Positions 29,024 to 42,110 of a DNA stretch of 64,000 nucleotides are shown here, one piece after another (position 1 is the first letter of the stretch; each line of letters starts with the position of its first letter). Source of the DNA: Octopus vulgaris (lineage: Eukaryota); assembly GCA_951406725.2 (NCBI GenBank), contig OX597828.1, positions 53,010,001 through 53,074,000 on the forward strand. The letters are read 5' to 3'. A program made the position numbers and the translations under genes. The notes under the pieces were generated by a model. That model was given only the letters and a program-made list of their open reading frames with translations, ran no database searches and was not told where the DNA came from.

Positions 29024-29400
29024 ATATATAAACGGCAGTTTGTCTGTGCGTGTTTCTGTGTGTCTGTTTTCTCGTACCCTCACCCTGACCACGGCTTTCA
29101 ACCGATTCTGATGAAACTTGACACACGCATAGCCCAATGTCATAATTCAAAACTAACGCAGCGAAAATTTTGAAAAGTTCCCCCAGTTCTGAAAAAAATC
29201 GATAAATTCGACATGGGGTCGAGAATAAAAAAAAAAACCACAGACTGTCTAGGGGACGCAACTCAACCTTTTTTTACTCTCAAAAAAAAATTTACCATCA
29301 TTTTTTTTCCATTTTTTTGCTATTTTTTGGCTATAACTCTCTAAAGATGCTTTATAGTTATTTCCCTTACAAACCTGAGCAACGCCGGGCGATACTGCTA

Positions 29401-29401
<1 letters not shown>
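29019..29401 (+). mobile_element. Complete non-autonomous Helitron
   Basis: Starts with 5'-TC(tctatatataaa), has an internal caaccgattctgatgaaacttg motif and a subterminal GC hairpin cctgagcaacgccggg, and ends in CTAG. It sits between A and T within (TA)n with no TSD, as is canonical for Helitrons. Confidence 0.85.
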
Positions 29402-29434
<33 letters not shown>

Positions 29435-29929
29435 TGTGTGTTGTGTGTGTGTGTATTTTGCTTGTAATAGTACAATCAGTTAGCATTTGTTGGTTCTTTT
29501 CTAAAATCCACTGCTAACCAACAGCGCAATCATCATCGGGAATGTCCAGGAAAATATGTTTTATTATATTTTAATCCATTGGCTGGCCATCTATCTCTAT
29601 GTGGTTGTATGTGTGTACGTATTCATGTATGTAATTATGCGTGTGTGCATGAGAGTGTGTGTGTGTGTGTGTGTGTGACTGTATATATTTATCTACATGT
29701 ATGTACATATATTTGTGCACGTATATGTTTGCATACATGTACACATACACATTTATCATATTATCGTGTATGCATATATTTAAATGTTTATAGCGTGTGT
29801 GTGTGTGTGTGTGAGTGTGCATGATGCATGCATGTTTCAATATATATGCATTAATGTATATATATATATACTATGTGAACACCCACGCACACACATATAT
29901 TAGTGTGCGTATAACGTGTGCAGTTATCA

Positions 29930-29991
29930 TATATATACACACACACACACACATATATATATATACATATATATTCATATATATATACATA

Positions 29992-30022
<31 letters not shown>

Positions 30023-30410
30023 GCATACATACATATACATATATATATATACATATATATATACATATGTGTGTATATATATGTATATATATATGCATGC
30101 ATACACATACATATATATGTGTGTGTATATATATATATATATATATACATATGTGTATATATGCATATATATATACATATGTGTATATATGCATATATAT
30201 ACATATGTGTATATATGCATATATATATATACGTATGTGTATATATGCATATATATATACATATGTGTATATATGCATATATATATATATACATATGTGT
30301 ATATATATACATATATGTGTGTATATATATATATACATATATGTATATGTGTATATATATATACATATATATATATATACACACACACACACAAATGTAT
30401 GTATGTATGT
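29930..30410. repeat. Compound (TA)n array with recurring catatgtgtatatatgcata unit
   Basis: Directly visible. Confidence 0.9.
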
Positions 30411-30989
30411 ATTGCTCTGTTGATATTTACTGATGTCTCTTCTCCTGAGTGTATTTTCGTGGAACATCTTTTCACTCGGTGGTTTATTGTTTCAATTGCT
30501 ACTGGCGCCGTCGCCGCCGCTGCTACTGCTGCTGCTGCTAGTACTGCTGCTGCCGATTTGTTAATGTCGATGTTAGCGATGGTAGTGATGCTGACGATAT
30601 ATTTTTTTTCGTTTTATTTTATTATTATCCTTTATTTTTTTCATAATTCCCCCCCCCCCCCCGTCTTCCTTAGCGTCAATCAATAAACAGGTTTAATATC
30701 AATGAAGCAATATATAATTGATTCAGTCATTTGCCTTCCATAAAACATTTCTACATTCTCATCATTTTACTCTCAATGTCATCACTAACGTCGCTGTCAT
30801 CGGCATATTCGTCATCTTCATCATCATTGTCGACATCATCCTCACATTCATTATCCTCTTTTTCTTCAGCATTGGCATCCAACATTTTCATGTATGTGTG
30901 CGTATATCATATATATATATATGTGTGCGTGTGTATCTATATGAAAGTATGTATGAGTATGCATGATTCTATATGTTTTTCATATAATG

Positions 30990-31140
30990 TGTGTGGTGGT
31001 CCAAATCGAATATGCAATCTATGTAGGTGTCTTTTCAAAACATTGTCTGGTTTAAAAACCCACATCAGATGCCATGATGTTTCTAAGGTGTATAGGTACA
31101 GGAGGTGGTCAAACTCTGCATAAGGGGTAGATAACCACCA
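30990..31140 (+). mobile_element. 3' end of an RTE-type LINE with terminal C2H2 finger
   Basis: An isolated CNLCRCLFKTLSGLKTHIRCH (31013-31075) is followed shortly by a stop and (TA)n. A single terminal C2H2 finger is typical of RTE-clade ORF ends, and there are no TGEKP linkers. Confidence 0.6.
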
Positions 31141-31705
31141 ATATGTATATATATATATTGTTTTGGGATTTGGTTTGCAAGATTCTTTATGTGAGTCCGT
31201 GTGCTGAAGCATATTCTGTTGTATCTGGGGAGAGTCATTTTCTTTTATGATTTGACACACACACTGGTAAAGTTTCCACTTATTTCTTATTTTCATGTTC
31301 CTAAAATTTTCGTTGCGTTTTGCAAAGACTATTGAAAAGGTTGAAAACTGCAACGAAAATGTTCGCCCTTTCACAAAAATCCGTAACAGCAATGCACTAG
31401 TTTGCTGTAATTCCAGGTGCAGGCCATCACGTCTAAATGACGTCATATATCACATGACTGATCATTTATCCGCCATTCTCATATTTAAAAATTTAAGGGG
31501 ACCATGATTGCTGTAGGCGGCAAACTAAGGCAAAGGGAATTTTAACACGTGGGCCCTTACATACATACATACATACATACATAATGTCTAATAAGGACAT
31601 ATACTTTGTGTACACATACACAAATGTGGATGTCTACACAGAATTTAAAACACTCTGTTATACATATTTGAACGCATACATACATTCGGATGCATGAATA
31701 TGCGC

Positions 31706-31756
<51 letters not shown>

Positions 31757-32609
31757 GCTATATATCATTTTTTTTTACATTACCAACAGTTTCAGCTTCA
31801 GAATAATATTTTGTTGGGGGCATAAAATCGTAACCCCATGCTCGTATGCTATTTTCAATCAGAAATACTTTTGGAAAACTGTCATATGTCGGACTTACTA
31901 CACTTTTGAAAAATGCTAAACCGTAGTACAATTTTCAGATCTTGGCATCTGAAGCAGCTGGAGATACGATAGTTTGAGCAAAAGAACCGACTTTTGCAAG
32001 CAAAATTAAATACTGAAAAGCAACGCATTTGGCTTAATTTGAGCATACGACAGTTTAACATGTCAGCAACGACACACACACATACACACACACACATATA
32101 TATATATATATACAAGGATGTCTTTGTTATATTCATATGAAGACAATTATTTAATGTGGTGTATAGCTTTTGGGGCTGTTGAAAGCCCTCATTTAATAAT
32201 GTTAAAATACCTCACATCTAGTAGTAGTAGTAGTAGTAGTAGCCATTAGTCTATATTTCAAGCAGCTGTGAACTGTATAAAAAAAAGGTTAACTTAATAA
32301 ACGAAAGGGTTCTCCATTAAATTAATTATGCGATGTAGAGTGTTATAGTGTTTGAAATAGGCGAGGTGTATAGAGAGAAGGGGTTAACTTAATAAGAGCG
32401 GATTTATATTGGTTAGATGTGGTAGGTCTAGTACTTGAAGTGCTGACGACAGTTGATGTGCTCGTGAGTGGATGAGCCGATTCTTTGACATCAGGTTTTA
32501 CGGGAATTTTCATACGAATTCCGTTGCAGAATGGTAGATGCATCTCTGTTTACAAGCTTCTTAACACCGGCAGTTATAATATGGATGGACACGCACACAT
32601 ACACACAAT

Positions 32610-32696
<87 letters not shown>

Positions 32697-32728
32697 AATA
32701 TGTATATACACACGTATACACACACACA

Positions 32729-32768
<40 letters not shown>

Positions 32769-33669
32769 CTGTCATTCTTTTACTTCTTTCATTCATTTTG
32801 ACTGTGGACATGCTGGAACACCGCATTTTAATCGAAGAAATCGACCCCTGGTGTTATTCTTTGTAAGCCTGGTACTTATTCTATCGGTTTTTTGGCCGAA
32901 CCGCTAAGTCACGGGGACGTAAACACAACAACATAGGTTGCCTTGCGATGGTAGGGTGGGCGACTAAGACAGACACACCACACATAAACACATGTATTCC
33001 AATGACTAAAACAAATAAAAAGTTAAGTGTTCTCATGAGAGAGAAAGGTGGGGAGTGAGAGAGATAGAGAAATGGAAGGAGAGAGAGGGAGAGAGAAAGA
33101 ATGAGAAACAGAAAGAGAGACAAAGAAAGACCTAACGTACGTGATATCGGAAAAGGTTATCTCGTTCGCAATAGATCTGCTAATTTCACTAGCCTCTTTG
33201 CAGAACAAACTTTGTTGTTAAAGACAGCGAGAGAGGGACTTGTTCTAATTGTACACCATGTTCCATATAGAAACTGAAGCTCACCGTACTCCCTTTGAAA
33301 AGATGGTATGGTGCGGACTACATTATCTACGATGCCTTTTATTGACAACATGGTGTGAATATTGGATGCGATTAAACTGCTCTTTCTAGTAAGCCGTACG
33401 ATACCGTAGAAGCTCGAGCATTAGCAATAATTGTTTAGAATAATAGATGTTGTTGAGTCCTTGTCCTATCTTAATCGAGCGGGATTATTATGATCAAGGA
33501 CAATCCAGTCATGAGCTTTCCGACTTTTATCATCTAGTTCTTGTGCTTCATTGCATGTTTTTTCTCGTTAGAGTACGAAGTGATTTGAGGTTCTCTTTCT
33601 TTCGTGTCAAATGGCCCACAAATCGCTAAGAATTTCCGTCTTTGGTGAGACTCACATATAGCAATCATT

Positions 33670-33878
33670 CTTTTCTTTTTATCTTTTACCTGTTTCATTA
33701 ATTTCACTGCAGCCATGCTGGGGCAACGCCTATCAAACTCAGGGCTTATTTTTTAAAGCCTAATACTTATTCTATCAGTCTTTTTTGTCGAACCGCTAAG
33801 TTACGGATACTTAAACACACCAACACAGGTTGTCAAGCAGCGGTGGGGAACAAATACAGACACACACACATACATACA

Positions 33879-33913
<35 letters not shown>

Positions 33914-34060
33914 GTGTGTGGGTGTGTGTGACGGGCTTCTTTTAGTTTCCATCTACTAAATTCATTCACAAGACTTCGATCGGCCCGAGGCTACAGTAGA
34001 AGACGCTTGCAGTAGAAGTGCCAAGCAGTGGGACTGAACCCGGAAGCTTCTTACCCCACA
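33670..34060 (-). mobile_element. SINE family A copy (reverse)
   Basis: Reverse-complement match (gggactgaacccgg; gaaccgctaagttacgg). A related 3' half lies at ~32770-32990. Confidence 0.8.
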
Positions 34061-34408
34061 GACGCACCAGCACCTCCATACAACGGGGAAGGAAAGAAAC
34101 GAAATCATTTGACATATTTGTTGTTCTGTACCGAGTTACAGCTACTTCCTCAACCAGTGATAACGATATTATTACTCACAAATTGGCATATAAAATAAGT
34201 AAAATGTGTGTATGTATGTGTATATACATACGTGTATATAATAATGAGTTTATATGTTGATGTCGAACACAACGGACCAAATACTACCGTTGGTCAGTCT
34301 CATGTCTGTGTCTATCAGACCGTCAGAGCCAATCAAACAACACTATTTACACTTATTTACCCGATATTTACCAGACCTTGTCTTTAATATGGTTTGTTTG
34401 ACCACTGC

Positions 34409-34462
<54 letters not shown>

Positions 34463-34805
34463 ACTTGACCACAATATTTACTTTGTAAAATGTGAACTGA
34501 CCTGTCCAACACCTTTGCAGGAAGTAGATAACGTAACCATTCTACTGTGAAGTTTTGTGTGTGTGTGTGTGTGTGTGTGTTCCGTTCTTCCGTGTCTGTC
34601 TCTGTGTGTAAACGCTGTAAGGAACATGTGTAATGTGGTGTTATGATCCTATGTATGTAATTGTGTGCGTGTTTGCGTGTGTGTGCTATTGTTTAAATTA
34701 GTGTCTATGTATGGGGTGGGTTGTTTAGTTGTTACGGATGACTGGACTTGGCTTGTTAGCGATCCCTTTTCTCGCTCTAAATATGTACTTAAACGCGCGC
34801 GCACA

Positions 34806-34852
<47 letters not shown>

Positions 34853-36257
34853 CGAATCTTACTTGTATGGTGCACTTGCATTACTCTTTCTCTCTTTTAT
34901 TCTCTATCATCGAATATATATACTATGTTCCGAATTTCAAGCATTATACTTGTGCTAAATAAAATTTGGAAAGCAAACGAAGAATAATTTCTTACGTGGG
35001 TACAAAATAGGTACGACCCTATTACACAGACACACACACACACACATACACACACACACACACATAGGCACACGCACACACGCACATCATTGGTGTTTTA
35101 TTTTATCGTCCCCGGGTAAGATGATAAAGATGCAGAACAAATTCAAGATATTTTGCTAGGTGCTCTAATATGGTCCTTTCCCTGTTTGATTAATTAATGT
35201 TTGTCAACGACGTTTAGACGTTTCGGTCTTCTACACCTCATCAATAACTAGCAATTGTTGTCATGGGCTTAAAATTCAAATTGTATATTTGTATCAGCTC
35301 AACTGTTGCATATGTATAATCATAATGTATTGTAATGATATATTTGTTATCATATGCTATGTGTTAATTGTAGGAGTATGGCTTAGTTATAGCGATTATA
35401 CGAGTTCATATTGCAAATGTGTTAAGCAAAAACTAAACTTGGTAGCAAGAGAATCTACATTTGACCTGGTAATTTTTCTTCTTGTTGAAACTCTTGTCAT
35501 ATTTATAAGGCTGAGAAATCAAGTTTTTTGGTGGGAGTAGTTGATATTCGAAAATGTGCTTTATTTCTTCTTTTTGTTCAAAACTTTACTGTACTCTAAA
35601 GGACAATAAAAATAAAACAAAATTCCATTCTAGTCTATCTAATTTTGTTTGTCATTCAGCTCATTAATATTATTAACCCGTCTGATTTCTCTAATTACAT
35701 TCATGAGCACAAATAACATTATTATTTTGAACGGAACTAATACAAATAAATTATCATGGTTTTGAATGCAAATTAACAGTTACCAGTTACATTGATGAAG
35801 TATAAAAACCGAAACGTATATGTAACATTAATACTTTAACGTTGTTACTGTTTGTTTACCGAATTCTATGAAAGATGTTCTGTACGAAAACAGAAAATCA
35901 CATCTTTCCATGAAACAAAGAAAAGAATTACAAAACAAACACACGAACACAAATAATCGACAAAAAGATTTTTTTATCCTCACTCTGAGTCAAGATATCT
36001 TTCTAACAAAAAGTTTCCAGTAATTATGATCAAAACAGATCATATGCATGTCAGAATTTTTATATACTAGCACTCTGTCGGTTACGACGAGAGTTGCTGT
36101 TGATTTGACCAACGGAACAGCCTGCTCGGGAAATTAGCATGCGAGTGGTTGAGTACTTTCACTCCACAGACATACGTACCCTTAGCGAAGTTCTCCAGGA
36201 AATTCAGCGGGACACAATATGTGACAAGGCTGGGCCTTCGCATTACAGGTATGTCTC

Positions 36258-36493
36258 GGCGGCGAGCTGGCAGAAACGTTAGCATGCCAGGCAAAATGCT
36301 CAGCGGTATTTCGTCTGGCGTTACGTTCTGAGGTCAAATTCCGCCGAGGTCGACTTTGCCTTTCATCTTTTCGGGGTCGATAAATTAAGGACCAGTTACG
36401 CAACTGGGGTCGATGAAATCGGCTTAATCCCTTTGCCTGTCCCTTATTGTCCCCTCTATGTTTAGCCCTTATGGGTAGTAAAGAAATAGAAAT
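36258..36493 (+). mobile_element. Full-length SINE family B with 11-bp target-site duplication, nested in an older SINE
   Basis: ggcggcgagctggcagaaacgttagc...ttctgaggtcaaattccgccgaggtcgactttgcctttcatcttttcggggtcgataaa...aaagaaata. It is flanked by the direct repeat AGGTATGTCTC at 36247-36257 and 36494-36504. Host element pieces lie at ~36060-36246 and ~36505-36635. Confidence 0.9.
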
Positions 36494-37127
36494 AGGTATG
36501 TCTCAATTTTTGCCAGTTGAGTGAAATGGGACAACGCGAAATAAACTTTCTTGCTGAAGGACACAACGCGCAACAGTGAACCGAACTCATGGGTTCACGA
36601 TCGAGAAGTGAATACCCTAAGCACTAAGCCAAGTGTAAGTTTTTAAAAACAACTCGTAAGAACGTAAGAAGAACTCGATACAGGTCGAGGAATTTATATC
36701 GTTTGACGTCTGGACATATGCATTTACAAGTAAAGCTGGAGTACAAAAGTACAAAAATGACCATCAGTTTCCAATGAATAACAAATAAACATGCGCGCGT
36801 GCTAATATCTGAGTTTTGGTTCATCCATCGTGGCGGCTTCTGCCATTTACGACAACCTGCGGTAAGTTTTACTTCGTCTGTACAACTTGTCATTTAGCTC
36901 TGCTACAGTCTCCCGTTCTTTCCCTCTTTTGTTACCCTTCCTTCGTGGATTCTCTTTCTTCGCCACCCTCTCTTTCTCTTCATCTGTCTCTACTTCTCAA
37001 TATATTTTTCTCTCTCAGTCTATCTATCATTCTATGTAACCGCCACTAATGCCATCTTTGTCATTCAATTCTCTCCCCTCTGTTTCTGACTGTCTGTCGC
37101 TCTCCCCCACCTTTTCTCTCATCATCT

Positions 37128-37181
<54 letters not shown>

Positions 37182-37605
37182 TTCATGCTAACCATTTATT
37201 CAGATTTGATGCAATATGGCGGCCCTAACTCGCGTCTCTGACACTAATTCAATATAATTGCTGTTGTTGATATTGTTTTATATTTAATTGCTGTTGTCGT
37301 TGTTTTGTTCACTTTTCAAATCATTTACTAGTTTATCGACATCGCATTGTGCAGGTGTGGTTGGTGATAATAAAGATGACAGTGTCGGCTATAGCGGTGG
37401 TGGTGGTGTTGGTGCGCGCTGGTATTGGTTTTTGTGGTAGCGCTTTCGGTTGTAATTGTGTAAATAGATTTGTTGTTTTCCTTGTTGTTGTTGTTGTTAG
37501 TGGTGGTGGTGGTGCTTGCTGCTGTCAGTGGACTTGTGGTCGAGCGCTTATTTTATTACTGTTATTGTCCTTGATGCTGACAATAAATCATTATTAAAGC
37601 AGTGG

Positions 37606-37668
<63 letters not shown>

Positions 37669-37672
37669 CATC

Positions 37673-38094
37673 ATTGAGTGAGAGAGCAGTGCATGCCATC
37701 AAAGTGACACTAGGATATGAAGATAAACAGCGCATGACCTTGCAGGTGGGGGCTCAGTTAGAATTTTCTTCAGGTCGAGTAACCCATCCCGCACATAAGG
37801 TTTGTTTGTGGATGATGAACGAAACGCTCATGTCTCCAGATGTGAATTTATTCAAACACCAAAGAATTCCTCTCAACACATGGCTATGATGCTCCTCCAC
37901 TACTCCTGTTTGAGATCAGAGATGCACATATTGTGAGTCACTAAGGGACATGCTCAACTGGTTAGGGTCAAACAACTGACAAGCAAATCTGTGGTATTGA
38001 CCAGATTTTTTGTTGTTGCACAGCTTTTACACAAAGCCAAAACTGTACATGATAACACTTCCAATCAGTTAAGATCAGGAGCTATGAGAACCCA

Positions 38095-38095
<1 letters not shown>
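37673..38095. mobile_element. (ATT)n-embedded interspersed repeat, probably a LINE UTR/relic
   Basis: Flanked on both sides by (ATT)n. It shares gagagagcag...ccatcaaagtgacact with a second copy at ~41505-41640, which is also inside (ATT)n. Confidence 0.6.
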
Positions 38096-38157
<62 letters not shown>

Positions 38158-38670
38158 ATCAGCAGCAGTAATAACGTAATACATACTAACAGTTGCCCTT
38201 TACAAATTCAATGCCTGCGTGTGAAAAAATGTGCTGCATCATAGAAGTGATGCTAGTCCACTGCAGCCATAACTCATTCCAAGGAAGACCTACAGATTGT
38301 TTATATAGTAAATTAATTTAGCTAACTCAGGTGTTCATATAATGATGTACCAGTAAAACATTAGGGTCTGGGACAATCAACTACATTCCTCCTTCACCCC
38401 TATAGACATCTGCCTTTAGAAGTCTTATATATTATTGGGTATATATATATTATTCTTATATTGTTGAAAGTGACCTCGAAATTTCGGCCAGTGAAGACAT
38501 CGTCGGATCTGGTCGAAACTCCGAAGTCACTATCAATAATATTGTATAAGAAAAATAAATTTGTCCTCTACATAAGTATAGAGTAACCCATTAGATTAAT
38601 GTAATATCGTTTTTATTACAACTGAACGCGTGTGTGTGTATGTGTGCACAGGTATATATATATATATATA

Positions 38671-39058
38671 GGCGCAGGAGTGGCTGTGTGGTAAGTAGCT
38701 TGCTAACCAACCACATGGTTCCGGGTTCAGTCCCACTGCGTGGCATCTTGGGCAAGTATCTTCTGCTATAGCCTCGGGCCGACCAATGCCTTGTGAGTGT
38801 ATTTGGTAGACGGAAACTGAAAGAAGCCTGTCGTATATTTGTATGTATATGTGTGTGTTTGTTCCCCTAGCATTGCCTGGCATCCGATGCTGGTGTGTTT
38901 ACGTCCCCGTCACTTAGCGGTTCGGCAAAAGAGACCGTTAGAATAAGTACTGGGCTTACAAAGAATAAGTCCCGGGGTCGATTTGCTCGACTAAAGGCGG
39001 TGCTCCAGCATGGCCGCAGTCAAATGACTGAAACAAGTAAAAGAGTAAAAGAGAGAGA

Positions 39059-39060
<2 letters not shown>
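38671..39060 (+). mobile_element. Full-length tRNA-headed SINE, family A
   Basis: Head ggcgcaggagTGGCTGTGTGGtaag...GGTTCAGTCCC (Pol III A/B boxes), body ...ggaaactgaaagaagcctgtcg(TA)n..., tail ...gcatggccgcagtcaaatgactgaaacaagtaaaagagtaaaagag. Many copies in the window. Confidence 0.9.
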
Positions 39061-39098
<38 letters not shown>

Positions 39099-39109
39099 AA
39101 TGCGCCCTT

Positions 39110-39343
39110 TTAAAGCTTAGCAAGGCTCATGGGCCCGGTTTCCCGGTTTCAATGGCGCATGTGTTCCCCAGCTGGACGGGACACCAGTTCATCGAACCAT
39201 TGCTCATTTTTGCCAGCTGAGTGAACTGGAGCAACGTGAAATGAAGTCTTTTGCTCAAGAACACAGCGCGTCGCCCGGTCCAGGAATCGAAACCACAATC
39301 TTACGATCATGATGCTGACACCCTAACCACTAAGCCACGTGCC
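39110..39343 (-). mobile_element. tRNA-headed SINE (CORE-like), reverse
   Basis: The minus strand reads ggcacgTGGCTTAGTGGttaggg...GGTTTCGATTCCtgg (A/B boxes), then cttgagcaaaagacttcatttcacgttgctccagttcactcagctg. Confidence 0.7.
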
Positions 39344-40100
39344 CCCCCCCACCACCACACACACACACACGTGTGTGTGTGTGTGTGTGCATGTATGTAT
39401 ATGTGTGTGTCTGCATTTTACATAACTATCTAGAGACGGTTGATCTGATGACATATGTTGAAATTAAAAGCAATTACATCGTGTAAAAGGCATGATAATA
39501 ATTTCACACACAAACACATACAGATTGTTCGCAGTTGAAACACCCCCATTGTATTCGTTTGTTCATTGTAACGTACATAGAGGACATTATCAAAATATTT
39601 GGTAGTTCATCAGCCGACCTTATTCGTTGACACAATTCCGCTGTATTCATTCAATCGAAGTTAAATAATCAATACGAATATCTCTGGATATTCTTACTTC
39701 ATGTGAATTGAACTGAAGTTAATTTTTAAAAATCAAATAATTAAACTACAGAGCAAAAGAAAAAAGAAAGAAAGAACGAACCTGAAAACACACCCTAGTT
39801 TTTACACTAAGAGATCAATGACTCTGCTTGCATATGGAACATGGTGCAACCGATCTATATTTCCCATCTCACTGTCAATTTTCTTGTTGTTAAGGTGGTA
39901 GAATCGTTAGTGCGGCGAACAAAGAACTTAACAGCATTTCTTTAGACTCTTTACATTCTGAGTTCAAACACCACCGTGATGAACTTTACCACCTTTCATC
40001 ATTTCGGAATCGATATCATAAGTGCAAATCAAGTACTTTGCCGATGTCATCGGCAAGTCACCTATGTCAAAATAACAAGATTTATGCTGTTCCTGTAGTA

Positions 40101-40286
40101 CAGTTCTCAGCAAACTTCTTTCACCTGCGGTACACTTAAATTCTTTTCAAAATTCGGTGGTATACCTGAACGAAAAATATAGCAAAAAGTATAAAGGAAA
40201 AAATCACATTCAGTTTACACTACGGCACACTTAGCATCAGCTCATGGCACACCAATGTGCCGTAGCATATCGGATGCGGAGCACTG
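40101..40286. mobile_element. Degenerate hAT/Charlie-type MITE
   Basis: CAG...CTG ends (cagttctcagcaaac / gcggagcactg) and a subterminal ggcacaccaatgtgcc palindrome typical of such MITEs. Confidence 0.45.
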
Positions 40287-40802
40287 TTCTTGTAGATTGT
40301 CGACTTTGCTTTTCATCCTTTCGGGGTCGATAAATTAAATACCAGTTGAGTACTGGGGTCGATGTAATTGTCCAGTCTCCAACCCACAAATTTCAGGCCT
40401 TGTGCCTATAGTAGAAATAATTATTATTATTGTTGTTGCAGTTGTCGTTGTTACTGTTATTATCATTGTCATTGTCATTATTATTCCCCCACGGAGATGA
40501 TTACGGGGCTGGTTGTGTCCCAATATCTCAAACTTTAGATTCTGCTAACATAATTACAGCTATCACGTGTTCCGTCGTCCTTGACATTTCCCGTCTTTCT
40601 TCAAACGGATGTTGACATGACGATGTCACTCTAATCTTTAAACTCCCGCCCCGTTTCTTGCCTCACTTACCTTCGCTCACCCTCGTTCACCACCGTTCTC
40701 CCTATCTGTCACTCAGCCTGTCTGTCTGTCCCGTCTTTTTTTTCATAGTCTGACTGTCATCATTAGTCTCTTTCTTTCTCTCACTCCCTCTCTCTCTCAT
40801 AT

Positions 40803-40857
<55 letters not shown>

Positions 40858-40932
40858 CACATACATACATACATACACACATATATATTTCTCTCCTACT
40901 CTTTCTCTCTCGTTACTCTCTTTCTTTCTCTC

Positions 40933-40963
<31 letters not shown>

Positions 40964-41453
40964 GCGTTTTCTTGTACTCTAAGCTGTCTTCCCTTCTTTC
41001 GGAAATGGCATCATTACACACACACACACACACACACCCTTCGTATCCCCAAACCCACAACACCTTGCATAATTTGTCGATGCATGCACTGCTGCAGGTT
41101 CCAATGCAGATATCAACCCCCCCCTGCCAACCCACCGCAGCCAACCCATTTTTCTCCCGCCCCGGTTCCACGCCACCAACCTTGACATTCCACCAACAAC
41201 TCACCGACACCCAACCTTTCAGCACTCCCCTCCTCTTTGCACCACCTCCTCCACCATCATCCTACTTGTGTATCCCGATGCTTTTCTTCTCTTCTCCTTT
41301 TCCTTAGCACCAATTTAACACGTAATCACTGTTTGAAATTATCAACCATTTTGTCTGTAAGCTTGTCGCAATGGAGCTAAAATTGACGTATCTATTTATT
41401 TGTTTATTTATCGTCATTATCATTCTATGAAAGAATCTCTTCTTCTTCTCCTA

Positions 41454-41507
<54 letters not shown>

Positions 41508-41650
41508 GAGTGAGAGAGAGAGAGAGAGAGAGAGAGCAGCGGATTCCATCAAAGTGACACTGGGGTAAAGTATACGAAGCCCAGTATACCCATCAGGACT
41601 ACCCGTCTGATAATTGTACATCAAGCACATATATTACAACCATTTTATTA

Positions 41651-41705
<55 letters not shown>

Positions 41706-41846
41706 CATAAGTTCAAATTCCACCGAGGTCGACTTTGCCTTTCATTCTCTCGGGGACGATAAATTAAGTACCAGTAAAATACAAGAGTCGATGTTATCGA
41801 CTTTCCCCCTGCCCCAGATTTCAGGCCTTGTGCCTATAGTAGAATG

Positions 41847-41885
<39 letters not shown>

Positions 41886-41889
41886 TCAT

Positions 41890-42110
41890 GCCGGGGATGT
41901 CTTGAGGCTTTGTGACAACGAGTTTCCTCAAATCTCAAGAATCTTTTCTTAGGATTCTCGCAGTAAACAGGATTTCACTTTATTGGAAGTCGACAATGCG
42001 AATCTCAATTCCAATATTTTTTGGTCAGTTATTCAACAGTTTCAGTGTGGTGCCAATTACCATCTTATTCTTCCACAATCTCTTCATATCTTGCTGGATC
42101 TAGCCAGAGA
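41890..42110 (-). mobile_element. Degraded 3' end of an RLE-type non-LTR retrotransposon (R4/Dong-like)
   Basis: The minus strand reads QDMKRLWKNKMVIGTTLKLLNN*PKNIGIEIRIVDFQ*SEILFTARILRK, matching the restriction-like endonuclease C-terminal motif (LW..V.IG..LG..QK..LL.TARILRKVL). A (TAA)n tail follows. Confidence 0.7.

Noticed and set aside
31013-31075. C2H2 zinc finger as part of a host ZNF gene
   Set aside because: A single finger with no linkers or splice context, followed by a stop; better explained as an RTE LINE 3' end.
36820-36868. Donor-like CTGCG|GTAAGT suggesting another exon
   Set aside because: No convincing upstream acceptor and no similarity to Islet peptides.
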